This document shows positions 37,445 to 52,214 of a stretch of DNA of 64,000 nucleotides, in pieces. The stretch's first letter is position 1, and each line of letters begins with the position of its first letter. The notes under the pieces were generated by a model. That model ran no database searches, was not told where the DNA came from, and saw nothing but the letters and a program-made list of their open reading frames with translations. This stretch comes from Octopus bimaculoides (lineage: Eukaryota). The stretch is from the NCBI RefSeq assembly GCF_001194135.2, contig NC_068998.1, positions 27,865,737-27,929,736 on the forward strand, written 5' to 3'. Made by a program: the position numbers and the translations under genes.

Positions 37445-38760
37445 ACGATACTATGTGTCCCATCTCCAAGAAATGCAACCTCTCTAATCCTACTAACACT
37501 CGCCCTATTACTCTCACTTCTGATATATTCAAGACACTGGAGACCGCCACTTATAACGATGTCCTCCAACAATTTCGTTTTTTCTTTCTTTTTAATGTCA
37601 ACAAGTATGATTTTTGAGATGCTAGATTTACTGGTGATCTGTTTTCTCTGTCACCCACTAGAGGTCTGTTGTTTTAGAGGAATTTAATGAAACCAGTGTT
37701 ATTGTCTTCGACATGAGTAAAATTTTCGACCAAGTCTGGCACGCTGATCTCCCGCCTGCCAACTGCCAACTAATGGACTCCAACTGTTTCTCATCTTTTG
37801 AATCGATAACTTCTTATCTGAAGGTATCATTACCATGTGTGTGAACGGAGTTCTTTTTGTCCCTCATTCTAAAAATCTGGCGTACCCAGGCTTCGGTTTT
37901 ATTCGCTGCTCCCTTCCGCAAATACATCAATGACTTATTTTCCCCCACATCCAACGACATTACTTTTACGCAAATGACACAACCCTTCATTTCTTCATAA
38001 CATTTTCCAATCATAAATCTCCACTCGCAACCGAGACACCACATATCAAAACATACTGACTCTAAGAACAGAAACCTCAGAAGCATCCTCTAATGGTGAT
38101 ATGCTGATCTTGTTTCCTTCCCAGTAGTCAAGGAAGCGTATGACACTCATATCAGGAAAACATCATCGCACCTCACCCCCTTAATCATAAGCAGCACTCA
38201 GTTAGGGGCCTCTAAATTGCTCCAATTTTGGGGGTCTCGCTGTTACCGAGGATTTCTCCTGGCGGTAAGACATCTTTAACGTAGCTATTGCCGCATATTA
38301 ACAACTGGTCTTTCGCTTGAAGGATAGAAGATACTTCATCCCACAGCAGTTATTGATACTCTACAGATTTCAACTGAAGCCCATAGCGGAGTATTACGCA
38401 CACATCAGGGACGTTGCAGTTTCTGCACCTACAGACATCATCTGGCCTAAAATCGTGCGATCTCATTTCTCTGCCATTTCAACTACAACTACAAAGCTCT
38501 ACTCCTTCGGTCTGGTAGGCTCGAACCACTTACAATCAGGCATTTATTTTCTTCACGTCTCTTTCCCTCCCATCGCCTTTGTAGTATCTACTATCCCTAT
38601 TTATGGCCCTTCTCTAATCACCACGCCCAGTCCTTCCCTCCTCAGAGCGTCGGCCTTCTAGAATTCCCTTTCTGCTCATATCTTTCCCGCACATGTTGAG
38701 TGAGAAAGATTTAAGAGAAACATTAATGACTGCAATCTCACCGGTTTAGGAGGACCTACA
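37445..38760 (+). mobile_element. CR1/Jockey-type LINE RT remnant
   Basis: SNPTNTRPITL, VIVFDMSKIFDQVWH, GVP(Q)GS, YIND, LILYRFQLKPIAEYYAHI. Confidence 0.75.
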
Positions 38761-39178
38761 AAAACCCAAGAGCATGATTTTGTCATATTTCGGCGAGAGA
38801 GAGATCCACATCCGTACAGCAGCTGAATCATTCAACACCTAAAACTGGCCATGAAGAGATTATATCAGACCCAGTTGAATAATAAAATATCTCCATTATT
38901 TTGCTTTTGAACTCTAGTTGCAGATTGTCATACTTATCACTTTATCAATATAAATTACTTGAAATGCTCAGAAGGACTGTTTACATAAAATGTAAAAGTC
39001 TATGATCTTTCACATTCATCCAGTCTAGTTTCTTGAGTAATTTAAACAGTATTGTGAACTGTATTGTAATGCATGTCCACACAACAATATACCATTCATC
39101 AACACTAAGCAATCAAACAATGCTTTCGTATTTTGTATTTATTTAGCGTATACACATACCACATGCCCGTGCACGCAA

Positions 39179-39266
<88 letters not shown>

Positions 39267-40289
39267 GCACTCACACATACACATACACACGTATATATAT
39301 ACTCATACGCGTGTACCCATGTATGTATGTAAGTATGTATGTAGGTGCATCACCTAAACTAGAATATATAAAATTACAAAGGCTGTTTACTCTTCTGATC
39401 TACCTGGACTCCGGGTGTCAAGGGTGGAGAGTGCTTAGTAAAGTAGACAGAGCAGTGTGAAGCGATTATGAGCAAACCTTTGATGGATTACTTACATGAC
39501 AGTTCTTCCTGAACTTTGGGAACCGGATATATCACGTGTTTGTTGAAGTCAAAGACAAGATCTCCTAACCTTTCCACAGCTAAGACTGTTGTGCATGATT
39601 TCTAAAATCACATCCTTCACAAGGCAGCCCTGTTTCTAACAGAATACAGCAAATCTATGGGATCTAAGGGAGTAAATATCGATTACAAATCCTGCTTTTC
39701 TATGGGTAGTAGTATCTCTAGAGTTATATGTCAACAGATCGGCATCATGGCAAAGAGTAGCGTGGTGTCGAGTCTGAACTCAATTGTCAGATGTAGAACA
39801 CACCCGCTCAAGTATGCTGAACGCATACTTGAGAGAGAAAACTAAAAAAAAAAACAAGAAAAAACTAAAAATGTGGTAAATGCCAGCTGTCCCATATATT
39901 TGTGCCATTGTTAATCATCGCAACATTCAAAATGAATGATTATCATACAAAACGTTATTTGTTCTGCTTGAAAATTCAAGTAGTGATGGTGGAGTGGTTA
40001 CACACACAGGCTTAACAGACTGAAAGTGTGTAGCTGCAAACCTGCACATTGGCGGTCCAGTGTTGTATCATAATGCCGTTTTGAAGGTAAAGGGAGGTAG
40101 CGTCAGCAGCTCGGCGGCATAGTCGACGACTAAGCAGGCAATTAAGAACAGAACTGCTTACACACAATGTGAGAGGTGGGAGAACTAGAAAATGTGTTCT
40201 AAACAAATGCTATCTTACTTCACACTGATCAGCATGCCGCGGCCGATGGCTGTTCGTTCTTAATGGGAAAAAGACGAAGAGAAGAAAAG

Positions 40290-41440
40290 CAGTGTCAGCT
40301 TTAAAAAAATGCAAATACATTGCCAGCATGTTGGAATATTTACACCTTACTTGAGTTAGGAAGTGAAAATAGCCCGGAAATAAGGATTCCTCTTTTAACA
40401 GAGGAGTTAAGAAGATACGACATTGATATTACTGCATTTTCAGAAGCACATCTTGCTAACGAAGGACAAATTACCAAAGTCAGTACAACTTTTGGGAAGG
40501 GAAAGCAGAGAAAGAACGGAATGCGTAGTGTAGGATATGCTCGAAAAACTGTCTTTTGGCACATCAGATAGAATAACAAGCCTTCGACTACCATTGACGA
40601 AAAAAGATACGTCACTATGGTCAGTGTATATTCTTCCTCAATGACACAATCGGAAGATGGTATTTTACTGTTCTATGCTGATCTGAAGAAGTTGTAATCT
40701 GGTTCTCACAAGGGTGACAAGATATTTCTAATGGGAACATTAGAAGTAAGAGCTGAACATGATATTTGGCACTGCCTAGAAAATCACGGTCTTGGTGAAG
40801 CCAACATCAATGGATTACAGTTGCAATGAATGCAACTTGGCTATCAGCAATTCTTTCTATCGTCAAAAAAGCAAGAACAAAGGGGGCATGGATGCACCCA
40901 CATTCAAAGCACTGGCTTACGATTGACTTAATCATCACTAGAAAGCATAATCCACAAAGTAGGTAAACAGTGAAAGTCATGAGAGATGCTGGGTGCTGGG
41001 GTGATCATCGATTTATCAGAATCAGCTGTAGGCTGAAGATATGCTCTAAGTTTCAGCGCATGCAAAAAGCTTGATGCGAGCAAACTCTAGTCAAGAGAAT
41101 CTCAAAATTCTTGATATCAGTCATTGACAGTCTGGAACTTTTAAACCAAGTGAATTTTCGGGAGGTGTTACATTTGAGTGTCATTCTGAATGAATAGCCA
41201 ATTTGAGTGACCACATGTCTAGAAAGGCTACAAACAGTAGCCTTTCGGTGATCACTATTCTGGGTAAGTAGAGATGTATTGTGCATGCACTTTCCTTTGA
41301 TGTCGAATGACAAGCGAGGCCCAGAACTCATTCGTCCCTCTACAAGAGAGCACGTGAAAGATCTCGAATTGGTAAAGTTGTTGAAGCATTGCAGAACTTG
41401 TTCTGGCGCTCTAAAATCGATATAAAAACTGACAGCCAAG
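40290..41440 (+). mobile_element. RTE LINE 5' part (APE endonuclease)
   Basis: ACWNIYTLLE..EELRRYDIDITAFSEAHLANEGQI; later WMHPHSKHW..ID.II and WGDHRF remnants. Confidence 0.82.
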
Positions 41441-41452
41441 CACCAAGTCCGA

Positions 41453-41512
<60 letters not shown>

Positions 41513-42758
41513 NNNNNNNNNNNNNNNNNNNNNNNNNNNNNNNNNNNNNNNNNNNNNNNNNNNNNNNNNNNNNNNNNNNNNNNNNNNNNNNNNNNNNNNN
41601 NNNNNNNNNNNNNNNNNNNNNNNNNNNNNNNNNNNNNNNNNNNNNNNNNNNNNNNCTCCCCCTCTCCCTCTCTCTCCCTCTCTCTCTCCCCCTCTCTCCC
41701 CCTCTCTCTCTCTCCCTCTCTCTCTTCGTCTTTCTCTTAATCAGTTGCGTTGCGCTTTGAAAAAGGCTGTGGGTAGGAGTCGCTCACAGTATTGCTTTCT
41801 GCAGAGACAGGGAAGAGTAGAGAGGGGACTAGCAACCTAATATGTCCCTTGAACCGACCAGGAACGGTTCGACGCAACAACAGTTTACATATGTTGATCA
41901 AACTTTCACCTTTATTCCTCATATTTTAGTCCTTCGTTTGTCATGGCTTCGTTTTTTAGCTTACTTCGCACATTGGCTGTTTCAGTCTTTTTCATTTATT
42001 TATAGAAGTTGACAAATGCATTCAACTTTATTCATTATATAAAATCAAGTTTATGAGATTAAAAATTTGGTAAGGAATTATCTGTTGTTTTATTAGTTGA
42101 TCTTTTGATAGTAATATGTTTTATAGCTGCCAATGTCCATTTACATTTTTCAAAAGCTAGTGAAATCTATTTAAAATGTTATGACTGTTTTATTCGTATT
42201 CCTAGAGATCTCTCAGTGCTATTCATTTTGCTACCAAAAGATACAGGAGATATGAGAAATATATGGAAGTATGAGTCCATGTGACCTGACCCAAAAACTA
42301 TTAATGTTCACTTTTTTATTTGAATACTGTTTTTGATCATTATTATTGTTATTATCATTATCAAGTGTTTTTCTTCTTTCAATTTTCTTTCCATTTCTTG
42401 CTGTGTATCTTCCCGACATCTAGGGCAAACAAACTCATGGTATACGCTGACAGGTCAGATTGCTCGTTAACACTCAAGATATGCGAAAAAAAAAAACAAA
42501 GAAAAACGGGAAACAGAAAAAAATTAACACGGATTGTAATCGTTCACACAGCGAAAATGTTCTCAATATGTATGATGTACCAATTAAAACAATCTTTTGT
42601 GCTTCTTGCAAGGATGGTAAGCCAGGGTTCATTCTCAAATAAATTTTACTTCTATTTTCTTTTTTACCATTCCAAGTGCTCCTACAATCACTTCCATTGT
42701 AACCGCTCTGAGATACCATATTTTTTCGATATCAATGAGCAAATCTTTATATTTTCTG

Positions 42759-42791
<33 letters not shown>

Positions 42792-42794
42792 TAT

Positions 42795-45460
42795 TGTCTT
42801 TGCACAGCTTCTAACGCTGGAGATATACTACGGTGTCAGCTGCTCGCTACCAGTGAACTAAGGTAACACCCCTTATTTTTAAAGCACCATCCAGAGTATT
42901 CGAGCGGTTCCAAACAGTGCTGTTTTCTGCAAGTGTTCCACCCTTATTGCAGTCCCTATTTGTTCCATATACTTCTCAAGATTGTTACTCACTGTTTCCA
43001 GGGCTCCAACAATTATTGGTACTACTACCACCTTTTTCAGCTACCACAACTGCTTAACCTCCCAAACCTACCTGTTATATCTATCGACTTTTCTTTCTTC
43101 TTTATCGCATACCTTGTTGTCACCTGGGCATGCTATTTCTATGATCCAGCATCGTTTGCTTTCTTTCTCAAGTAACACTATGACTGGTTTCCTATTCTCT
43201 CTCTCATGGTCGCACTGAATCATAAAATCCCATAGGATCTTTGCATCATCATTTTCGATGATGCCTTCGGGTTTATGTTCGAACCACATTTTTGCTCTGT
43301 TCAAGTCCATACATGTTGTAAAGTGTCTAATGGACAATCCTTGCTATATTGTCATAATGTCTCTTATATTCTTTCTGGGCTAGCGGCATACATTGACTGG
43401 TAATATACCATAAGGTTTCACCATTTTCTTTACAAATTCTCCACTTATCACTTTCTGATGCGTTGTCTATTTTGTATTTGATCTAATTGGTTCTCAATGC
43501 TTGCTCTTGGGCAGCACATATTAGAGCCGCCGTTTCTGGTTTTAAATCACTTTTAGTCATCTATAGCCATCTTTTCTCTCTGTCTGCCTTATCTTCAGCA
43601 TCCCTATGAAATTGTCCATGCATTCTTTTCTTTAACCACCTATTTTCAGGTTCATGCATTCTCAAGTGCTTGTACAGTGCTTTATCGTTGCAATCTTCCA
43701 TCTTACACAAGCCTGACCTTCTTACTTCCAATAACAGTGGTTCTGCTCTAATGTTGTGTTCGCTTCCAGTCAGTCCTCTTCCCCCTCTTTTTCTTGGTAA
43801 TACAGTCTGTCTGTGTCGCTTTTTGGGTGGAGTATCCCATATCTAATCAGTAACTTCCTTGTCTTTCTGTCTAAGCTGTTTAATTCGTCTACTGTCCATG
43901 CGATCATCCCTGCTCCATATCTAAGGAATGAAACTGACCAGGTGTTGATAGCTTCAATCTTATTCCGTCCGTTTAATTTCGACTTAAGGATCAATCTCAG
44001 TCTACGCAAGTACTCCACTTTAAATTTTTCTGTCATTTCTTTATCCATCAATTTATCCATTTCCAATGTCCCCAAGTTCTTATAGCCTGTCTCTTCTATC
44101 TGCTTCATACCCCACCCCGACGGTATCGCTAGTCCGGCCATACATTTGATTTTTCCTCTCTTCAAGACTAAAACATCACACTTTTTCAGTCCGGATTCCA
44201 TTCTGATAACAGTACTGATAGTATACACCGTATCAACGAGGGAACTGACTTAGGATTCATCTTTACCATAAAGTTTGAGGTTATCCATGAATAACAAGTG
44301 GTTGACTTTTTGCTGGCAGCTCTTGAATGCGCACCCAGCCTTTGCTTTCCTCAGAATCAGTGTTAGTGGTATCATGCACAGTACAAAGATCAGTGGGGAC
44401 AGGTAGTCCCCTTGGAAGATGTCTCTCCTGATTTCTACTGCCTCTAAACTTCTTCCGTATGCTGTCAGGTCCGTCCTCCAATTCCCCATACTTTTTCCAA
44501 GCAATCGCTCAACATTCGATGCAATCCTAAACAGGTTCATACATTCCATAATCCAAGAATGTGGGATCATATCGCACGCCTTAGGATAGTCGATCTATGA
44601 CATGGGTAAGTTACTTTTCCTCCTCTTGCAGTCTCTAAGTACAGTTTTGTCAATCAGGAGTTGATCCTTGGTACCTCTGCACTTACGTTTGCAACCCTTC
44701 TGCTCATGTAGCAGGAATCCATTTTCCCCCAGATGTTCGTACATTGACTCTGCGACTATTCCAGTCAATAATTTTCACATAAGTGGCAAATAGGATATCG
44801 GCCTATAATTGTCTACCGTATTGTCTTTTCCTATTTTTTCAAGCACAGCACTATCCTACCCAATGTCAACCAAGCTGGTGTTACTTGGTCGGCATTTAAC
44901 AAGGTGTTGAGTTGCGCAGCTATTCGTGTATGACATTCACGAAATCTTTTGATCCAGTAGCGTTGAACTCCATCTGATCCCGGGGCCTTCCATTTGCTCA
45001 TTTTTTTACTGATTTCCTTCACTTCCCTAACTGGAATGACTAGTTCTGCCTGTTTTGGACAGACTACTGTTTGTTTCAGTTCTTGCAACCATTCAGCATC
45101 CTTCTTGTGCTCTTTGTCTTTGCTCCAGATGTCACTGAAAAACCTTTGACTTTCATTGTTATCTGGTATCAACTTTTCATCTGTACACACTCCATTTATT
45201 TCCTTATAGAATCTCTTCTGATCTACTCTGAATAACCTATTCTGGTGGTAACCCTTCATTCTTTGGTCGTATCTTACCATCTTTGCTTTCTTTGGAACGA
45301 GGCACTGTTTCAGTTCCTCCATTACCATTCTCAGGCCCTTTCTTTCCATATTACACTTCCTATTCAGTGCCTTGTATTTTTGTTCGCTTTTAAGCTCCCT
45401 CTTTTCTTTTCGGTCTAACAGAAATGTCCTTCGAGAGCATATTTAACCCCGCCTGTATTC
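42795..45460 (-). mobile_element. Dong/R4-type RLE LINE (RT plus RLE), with TAA tail at 42760-42794
   Basis: [85 protein letters not shown]. Confidence 0.92.
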
Positions 45461-45499
45461 TTCTTTTCCACCATGGATCTTTTCGTTTCTTTTTCTTGA

Positions 45500-45735
<236 letters not shown>

Positions 45736-45754
45736 TCGAAAAAAAAAACATTAA

Positions 45755-45860
45755 GAATAAGAACCCAGGTTCAAAATTTCCCCAAGACACCTGAAGAAGG
45801 CTGGAGGGTATATCAGCCGAAAGATGAGGACAAATATCCGTTGAATGTAAATAATGCAGC
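45755..45860 (+). mobile_element. Penelope-type pseudo-LTR fragment with truncated hammerhead
   Basis: CTGAAGA-A-GGCTG-gagggtatat-CAGCC-GAAA at 45791-45822; stem III and the cleavage site are missing. Confidence 0.55.
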
Positions 45861-46239
45861 GTATGACCTTGCTGGTGGAGCCCAGTTAAAATTTTATCAC
45901 GTAGAGTAGCCCATCCTGTTCAAAAGGTCCCTGAATAAGGCTTGTTTAAGGATGTTGAACGAAACACTCATGTTTCCAAAGGGGAATTATCCAAACTCCA
46001 AAGAATTCCTTTCGACACATGGTTATGATGCTCCCCACTACTTCTGCTCGTGATCAGAGATCGTCAGCAACTAACGAACATGCTCAACTGGTTAAGGTCT
46101 GATAACCAAATCTGTGGTATTGAGCAGAATATTTGCTGTGGCCCATCTTCGATACCAAGACAAAACAATGTACATGATAACACTTCCAATCAGTTAAGAT
46201 CAGAAACCATGAGAACCAGTGCCTGGTACTACATCAGAG

Positions 46240-46689
<450 letters not shown>

Positions 46690-47529
46690 TGCATGTATTT
46701 GTTAGCGTGTTGTCAGTAGTTTTTCGTAATTAATGTATACATGATTGTATATGTATTATTATGCAGCAGGCCTATATTCTATGTGATTACTGTAATTTAA
46801 TTGAATAGTATTAATTGCCGTCACTTCCTATAATGTTTTATTTCATAATTCGTAACAAAACCTTTTATTTTTTCATATTTTATGAAATAAAATTAAACTT
46901 TATTGTCTCACAGCCAACTCCCCTTTTTATGAGCTTTGTCTTGTTAACCCCTGCAGTCTGTTCCCATTGCATTCATCGGGATGACCTTTATTGTAAAGAC
47001 GCCCTGTCATTTTTAAATGCCCTGTCTGCTTTGGTGTTGTGGTACTAAAGCAGACAGAACGTCCACAATATTAAATATTCTGGTTCACTCTACATTTCTC
47101 TCTTCAAAATTTAATCAGATTGCCTTATCAAAACTGTTTCAAAATAGCAAAGAAAAGTAATTTTGAAAAGGTGGAGGCGTGGCCGTGTGGTAAGAAGTTT
47201 GCTTTCCAACTAAATGGTTCCGGGATTCAGTCCTACTGCGGACAAGAAACCGCCTAATTAAGTTAAAATCGTGCAACAATTTAAAATAAAACTTAAAAAA
47301 ATGAAATTTTACAAGAAAGAATTATTTTTATTAGCATAAGTAAACTGAAAGGCATAAGTAAATTCATTGATATATAATTATACGTATCGATTAAACCGAA
47401 ATTTTGATATATATATTTCTGCTAGCTTTTGGTAGAGCTGTTATATTGGGTTACTTCATCGGAGCCATTTTTATCACTCCCTATGGCTTGTCCTACTCTT
47501 CGATATTGAAAATTATTTGACTCAATGTG

Positions 47530-48770
47530 CGTCCAGTCATTTGAACACAAATAAAAAGCCTAGCATGCCCGTATAGATTTTCTGTAAGACAAATATTGGG
47601 TCTTTTACCAATATTAGTTATTGTGATCGATACCTACCACTAATATTGATTATTTGCATCTTTTTTCCAATTCATGAAACAGGCATCTTTAAAAATAGAA
47701 TTATTTATTACCATCTAATTGCAAGTGTATCTACTTACAGTTTTAATTCTTTGCACCTGTTATACAGTAATTTTAACTTTACCATTATCACTGTACGTAA
47801 ATATACAGTATGCTAGCTGTTTCTCAATAATATTTCGATATATATATTTTTATGTGTTGTTTAAATTTGTTGTTAACTATTATGTACATTTTCATCTGAG
47901 GTTAATTGAATTGAATCATTTTCTTTCGCTGTTGCGCTGTTGGATCTCTTTGAAGTTGATCGTGAAATTCTTTTGTCATTGCTTTGTTGAGCTCACTAAT
48001 CCAAGTTTGAGAAGACTCTTTAATTCTATCAATAAGCCTCTGTCACCTCAATCTATGTGCCGAAAATATGTTGTAGCCTAAGCTCTTCCGTGTACCCTGC
48101 TTCTCCCAACTACTGCACATTTGTGCTCTAAATATAAAGGTGTTCTATCCTGCAGTCAATTGTCTGCTTTCCACTGTCACAGCTGCTACTGTAAAAAAAT
48201 AAACACCTTCGAGAGAAATTCAAAACAATCAGATACTCCATCTCAGCCAAATGTGACCGGGTAAGGTAGCTGGTTGGGCACTTGAAATAACAATGCCAAG
48301 AAACTTGCAGAAGTTACGAAAATTGTAGAAAGTTTTGAGGACAAGAGTATTTTGGTGCAGAGAGCGGGAAAAGCTGTGCAAAATCCTGAGATTAGGACTA
48401 TCCTCACCCAAATCTGTTCAAAATATCGACAGTCAAAAGTGTTGATTTTGAAAGCTGAGTCAACTGCCTTCACTGTCTATGATGCTCACAAAAGTCTCAA
48501 AGAAGTGAGATTCAACGAAGACCCATGTTGCATCATGAATTACATTGATTTTAAATTCAATAAAAACCAAATTAATTCGATAATTCAACTAATGAACCAC
48601 AAACTTACATCTGCGGAATATGCAGATCTGATACAATCCCAGGCGACACCCTCTGCTGTAGAATGCAGTTTTTCGACGTTGAAAAAATCCTTGCAAAAGA
48701 CGAATTTTTTGCCTACAAATACAAAACATTATATCATATTGTACTATAATAAATTTCCACAATAGTTATG
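47530..48770 (+). mobile_element. hAT-like transposase remnant (CGGBP1-like type)
   Basis: CALNIKVFYPAVNCLLSTVTAATVK, QPNVTG*GSW (degenerate TRW motif), C-terminal SAVECSFSTLKK..NF...YIILYYN. Confidence 0.7.
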
Positions 48771-48923
48771 TTTTTAAATTGTTTTTATAATTCTCGTATA
48801 TCAAAACTAGAGTGAACTCTAATGTTTATAGATTTATTGATAATAATAGGGTCAAAATAAGGTTAAAAGCTGGCAATAAAGTTTTAAAATAAGGTTAAAA
48901 TCAAGTAATTATAAAATCATGCA

Positions 48924-48995
<72 letters not shown>

Positions 48996-49060
48996 TGGAA
49001 AAATAATGTTTTAACTCTCTGAGCGGGAGATATACAGTAAAAGTACCGAATAGTAAAGTT

Positions 49061-49361
49061 TATATGTCAACAGAATGTGCCAGTCCTGTAAAGGACGAAG
49101 TTACTGTTGTTTTAGCCCCAGGAAAACATCTATTCCAGCTGGGCATCGACACACAGTCTGTGTCCGTATAGCATCTGCAAGAGATGTCATTGCTCCTATG
49201 TGAGTATCACGTAAGGCTAGAGATGAGAGCGCTGACCTCCTTTGTAAATGCTATACGGACACAGACTGTGTGTCGATGGTCAGCTGGAAAAGATGTTTTC
49301 CTGGGGCTAAAATAACAGTAACTTCGTCCTTTACAGGACTAGCACATTCTGTTGGCATATA
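49061..49361. mobile_element. MITE with 114-bp TIRs and TA-rich ends
   Basis: 49061-49174 versus the reverse complement of 49248-49361: about 6 mismatches; both ends read TATATG.. Confidence 0.92.
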
Positions 49362-49647
49362 TACATNNNNNNNNNNNNNNNNNNNNNNNNNNNNNNNNNN
49401 NNNNNNNNNNNNNNNNNNNNNNNNNNNNNNNNNNNNNNNNNNNNNNNNNNNNNNNNNNNNNNNNNNNNNNNNNNNNNNNNNNNNNNNNNNNNNNNNNNNN
49501 NNNNNNNNNNNNNNNNNNNNNNNNNNNNNNNNNNNNNNNNNNNNNNNNNNNNNNNNNNNNNNNNNNNNNNNNNNNNNNNNNNNNNNNNNNNNNNNNNNNN
49601 NNNNNNNNNNNNNNNNNNNNNNNNNNNNNTATATATATATATATATA

Positions 49648-49985
49648 TAGGTGTAGGCGTAGCTGTGTGGTAAGAAGCTTGCTTCCCAACTATACAGTTC
49701 AGGGTTCAGTTCCACTGCGTGGTACCTTCGACTAGTCTTTTCTATAGCCTCAAGCTGACCTTGTGAGTGGATTTCGTATGTATATATATGTGTCTGTGCT
49801 TCACCCCACCCCCATTACCGCTTGATAACTGGTGATGGTGTGTTTACGTCCCCGTAACTTAGCGGTTCGGCGAAAAGATGCCGATGGAATAAGTATTAGG
49901 CTTAGAAAATAAATCCTGGGATCGATTTGTTCGACTAAAGCCCTTCAAGGCGATGTTCCAACATGGCTGCAGTCAAATGATTGAA
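49648..49985 (+). mobile_element. tRNA-derived SINE (GT-containing family), near complete
   Basis: Head GCGTAGCTGTGTGGTAAGAAG..GGGTTCAGTTCC; tail GTAACTTAGCGGTTCGG..CAGTCAAATGA. Confidence 0.88.
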
Positions 49986-50050
49986 ACAATTACACAGATA
50001 CTTGCCAGAAGTAAAGAGTATTTTTGAAATTACATTGATAGGAGAAATCA

Positions 50051-50344
50051 ATATTGTTAAACTTGGGGATAGTCGCTACTTATTTGATCTTCGCTTTAAT
50101 TTTATTAAACGCAACAACGTAAGCCTCAGCCATGCTAACAAAACATTGAAAAACAGTATATTCTGTTATCTACGAAAGATCATTACAACCCAACAACTTC
50201 ATTTTGTAATAAAACTAAAATGAAGATCAAATAAACAGTATGTGTGTGAATTTAAGCGGCAACAGATGACGGTCCCCAAATATAACAATATCTGTTTCAA
50301 CACACGTTTCTACATCAAGAATCTTGCAAAACAAATACATAAAC
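50051..50344. mobile_element. Second copy of the 33612 fold-back family, with a different interior
   Basis: Shared ATATTGTTA..TTGGGGAT, TATTTGATCTTC/GAAGATCAAATAA, CCCCAA and downstream ATATCTGTTTCAACACACGTTT..ATCTTGCAAAACAAATACATAAAC. Confidence 0.82.
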
Positions 50345-50689
50345 GTAGGAAATTAATAGTCTCGTGTGATAGGTGAGGAAAGTACTATGTTCTTCATAGT
50401 TAACGATCCCTTTAACCTGGAATAGAGCGGCAACCAAGGTGCTTTGTCTTCTTAACGACTCGTCTGTGTCCACATACAATCGCACGCTCTGCGCATAGCG
50501 TTATCAATCACCTCTCAGCCTCTCTTCCTTTCTGCTTTTCTGGCTGTGCTTGCCCGCGTTGTTGCTTCTATGACCTCTTTTTAAATGGGAACCTCTAGTA
50601 CATGATAGAATATTCCATAATATGGGGTGATATTTCTGCAAGCTGATTGGTTGATATTCAGGGCACGTCTCCTGATCTAAGTGTAGTCT

Positions 50690-52205
50690 GATACTGTAAA
50701 GTTTCGATTCTAGATTTCGCCTTGGAAATGTTTAGAGATTGCCCCTTGGAAAGTAATGAAACCTGAAGAAAGTGAAGAAGCTCGAAAGGGCCGTGTAACT
50801 CCTAACAGAATTTCCCAATTTGTACGCACGAATGTATAAATTCGGAGTGGGAAAAACAATACCCTTTGGATCAAAATAAAGGACTGTTTTTGCAAGAGGA
50901 TGATATAATGAGAAATAAATGTAAAATTAGGAGAAACACTAATTATGTAATTCTTTCTGCAGAGAGAGGAGCACAAGCCACAAGAAATATAAACTGGCTG
51001 ATGAGGGGTTTTTTCCTCTCTTACGACACCCCAAAACGCTACAGCAGCAATCGACATATCACAAAACTGTCAATTGCTATGCCGAGAGGTGGCCTTCAGA
51101 AAAACTGCTTCACTAAAATCCTCTGTACCAAAATATGGAGCACGTGAGCCACAAGAGAAATCGCAAAATCATCATCAAAGCAGACAAACTTGCAGCTGCT
51201 GAACATGAACAGAAATACAATACACTTGTCATTGTTAAAATTGCTATCAGAATAGTTGACGAGCAACAAGAACGACGTGACATTGTTGTGCAAAAAATAA
51301 GTATTCCGAGCAAGTATATGTAGCTCATAGGACTTATATTTCACTCTAATATTGTCTCATTATTTTTCTATATGGTCAAGATGGATATTTGTTTCATCCT
51401 ATGACAGATTGACTCATAAGTAAGATCATTTCTGCGATAACGTTGGGCTTCCTACGAAGACAAGACGAGAGCAGATGATTATATACTAATCTTCCAACTC
51501 GGCTGAAATGGTTTTGTCGACTTTAGGACATGATAACACCAAGAAAAGAGTAGGCAATTACATTCACATTCGAGATGCCATCATCTCTGACGGTGACCTA
51601 AGAAATATCGGATAGCCATTCATACTGTCATCAAACTTCTTTTTACTACAAGCATAAGACAGGATACGAACGCAAAACAATTCTTAGAAAGGAACTTACA
51701 TAGGACAATTGATGGGTATTCTCACACTGTAAATTGTGCGAGCTTCTAAAAGCCTACATCAGTGTAGAGTATTACAATTCTATCAAAGCAATGCGATATA
51801 TTATAAAACATGCTAATAGGGATAGTGACATGACTACTTTTGCAATTGAGATGGAGCTCAATGAGTGTGGATTGGATGAAATCAAACGATCAATCATACT
51901 GTGAACTCCATTAACAGGGCTATCTTGTGGTCTGCTAGGTAGCCCATCAAAAGAATGGGTAGAGAACGCACTTCATTTCTACCACAGCTCATCATTTGGG
52001 GGTCTCAGGTGTTCTTGCAAGCAAGGTGTGCACAACATACAAAGATACATGTGGGCTACATGGAACTCTGCAAGATAATCGACACTGAAACACACTAGAG
52101 GAAGCATCAGTCACTGGAGTGACAAATCAAATGAGACAGTCGTTTGTTGATATGCTCTCAGCCTGTGGAACTAACGAACGCCCATGAGTGCAAAAACAAT
52201 ATATC
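50690..52205 (+). mobile_element. Helitron Rep/Hel remnant
   Basis: ADKLAAAEHEQKYN..IAIRIV..RDIVVQ, HRTY..LYGQDGY, NYIHIRDAIISDG..IG.PFILSSNF, LQDNRH*NTLEEAS..QMRQSF. Confidence 0.8.
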
Positions 52206-52214
52206 AGAACATTA

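Noticed and set aside
39390-39830. Possible degraded LINE RT on the minus strand
   Set aside because: The motifs are too eroded to support a call.
35475-41440. RTE 3' half lying upstream of an RTE 5' half, suggesting one rearranged or circularly permuted element
   Set aside because: The overlapping region is clearly different in sequence between the two, so two independent subfamily insertions is simpler.
50998-51045. CTGATGA-GGGG...CCCC-AAAAC hammerhead look-alike
   Set aside because: It lies inside Helitron coding remnant, lacks G12, and has no valid stem I or stem III; probably coincidence.
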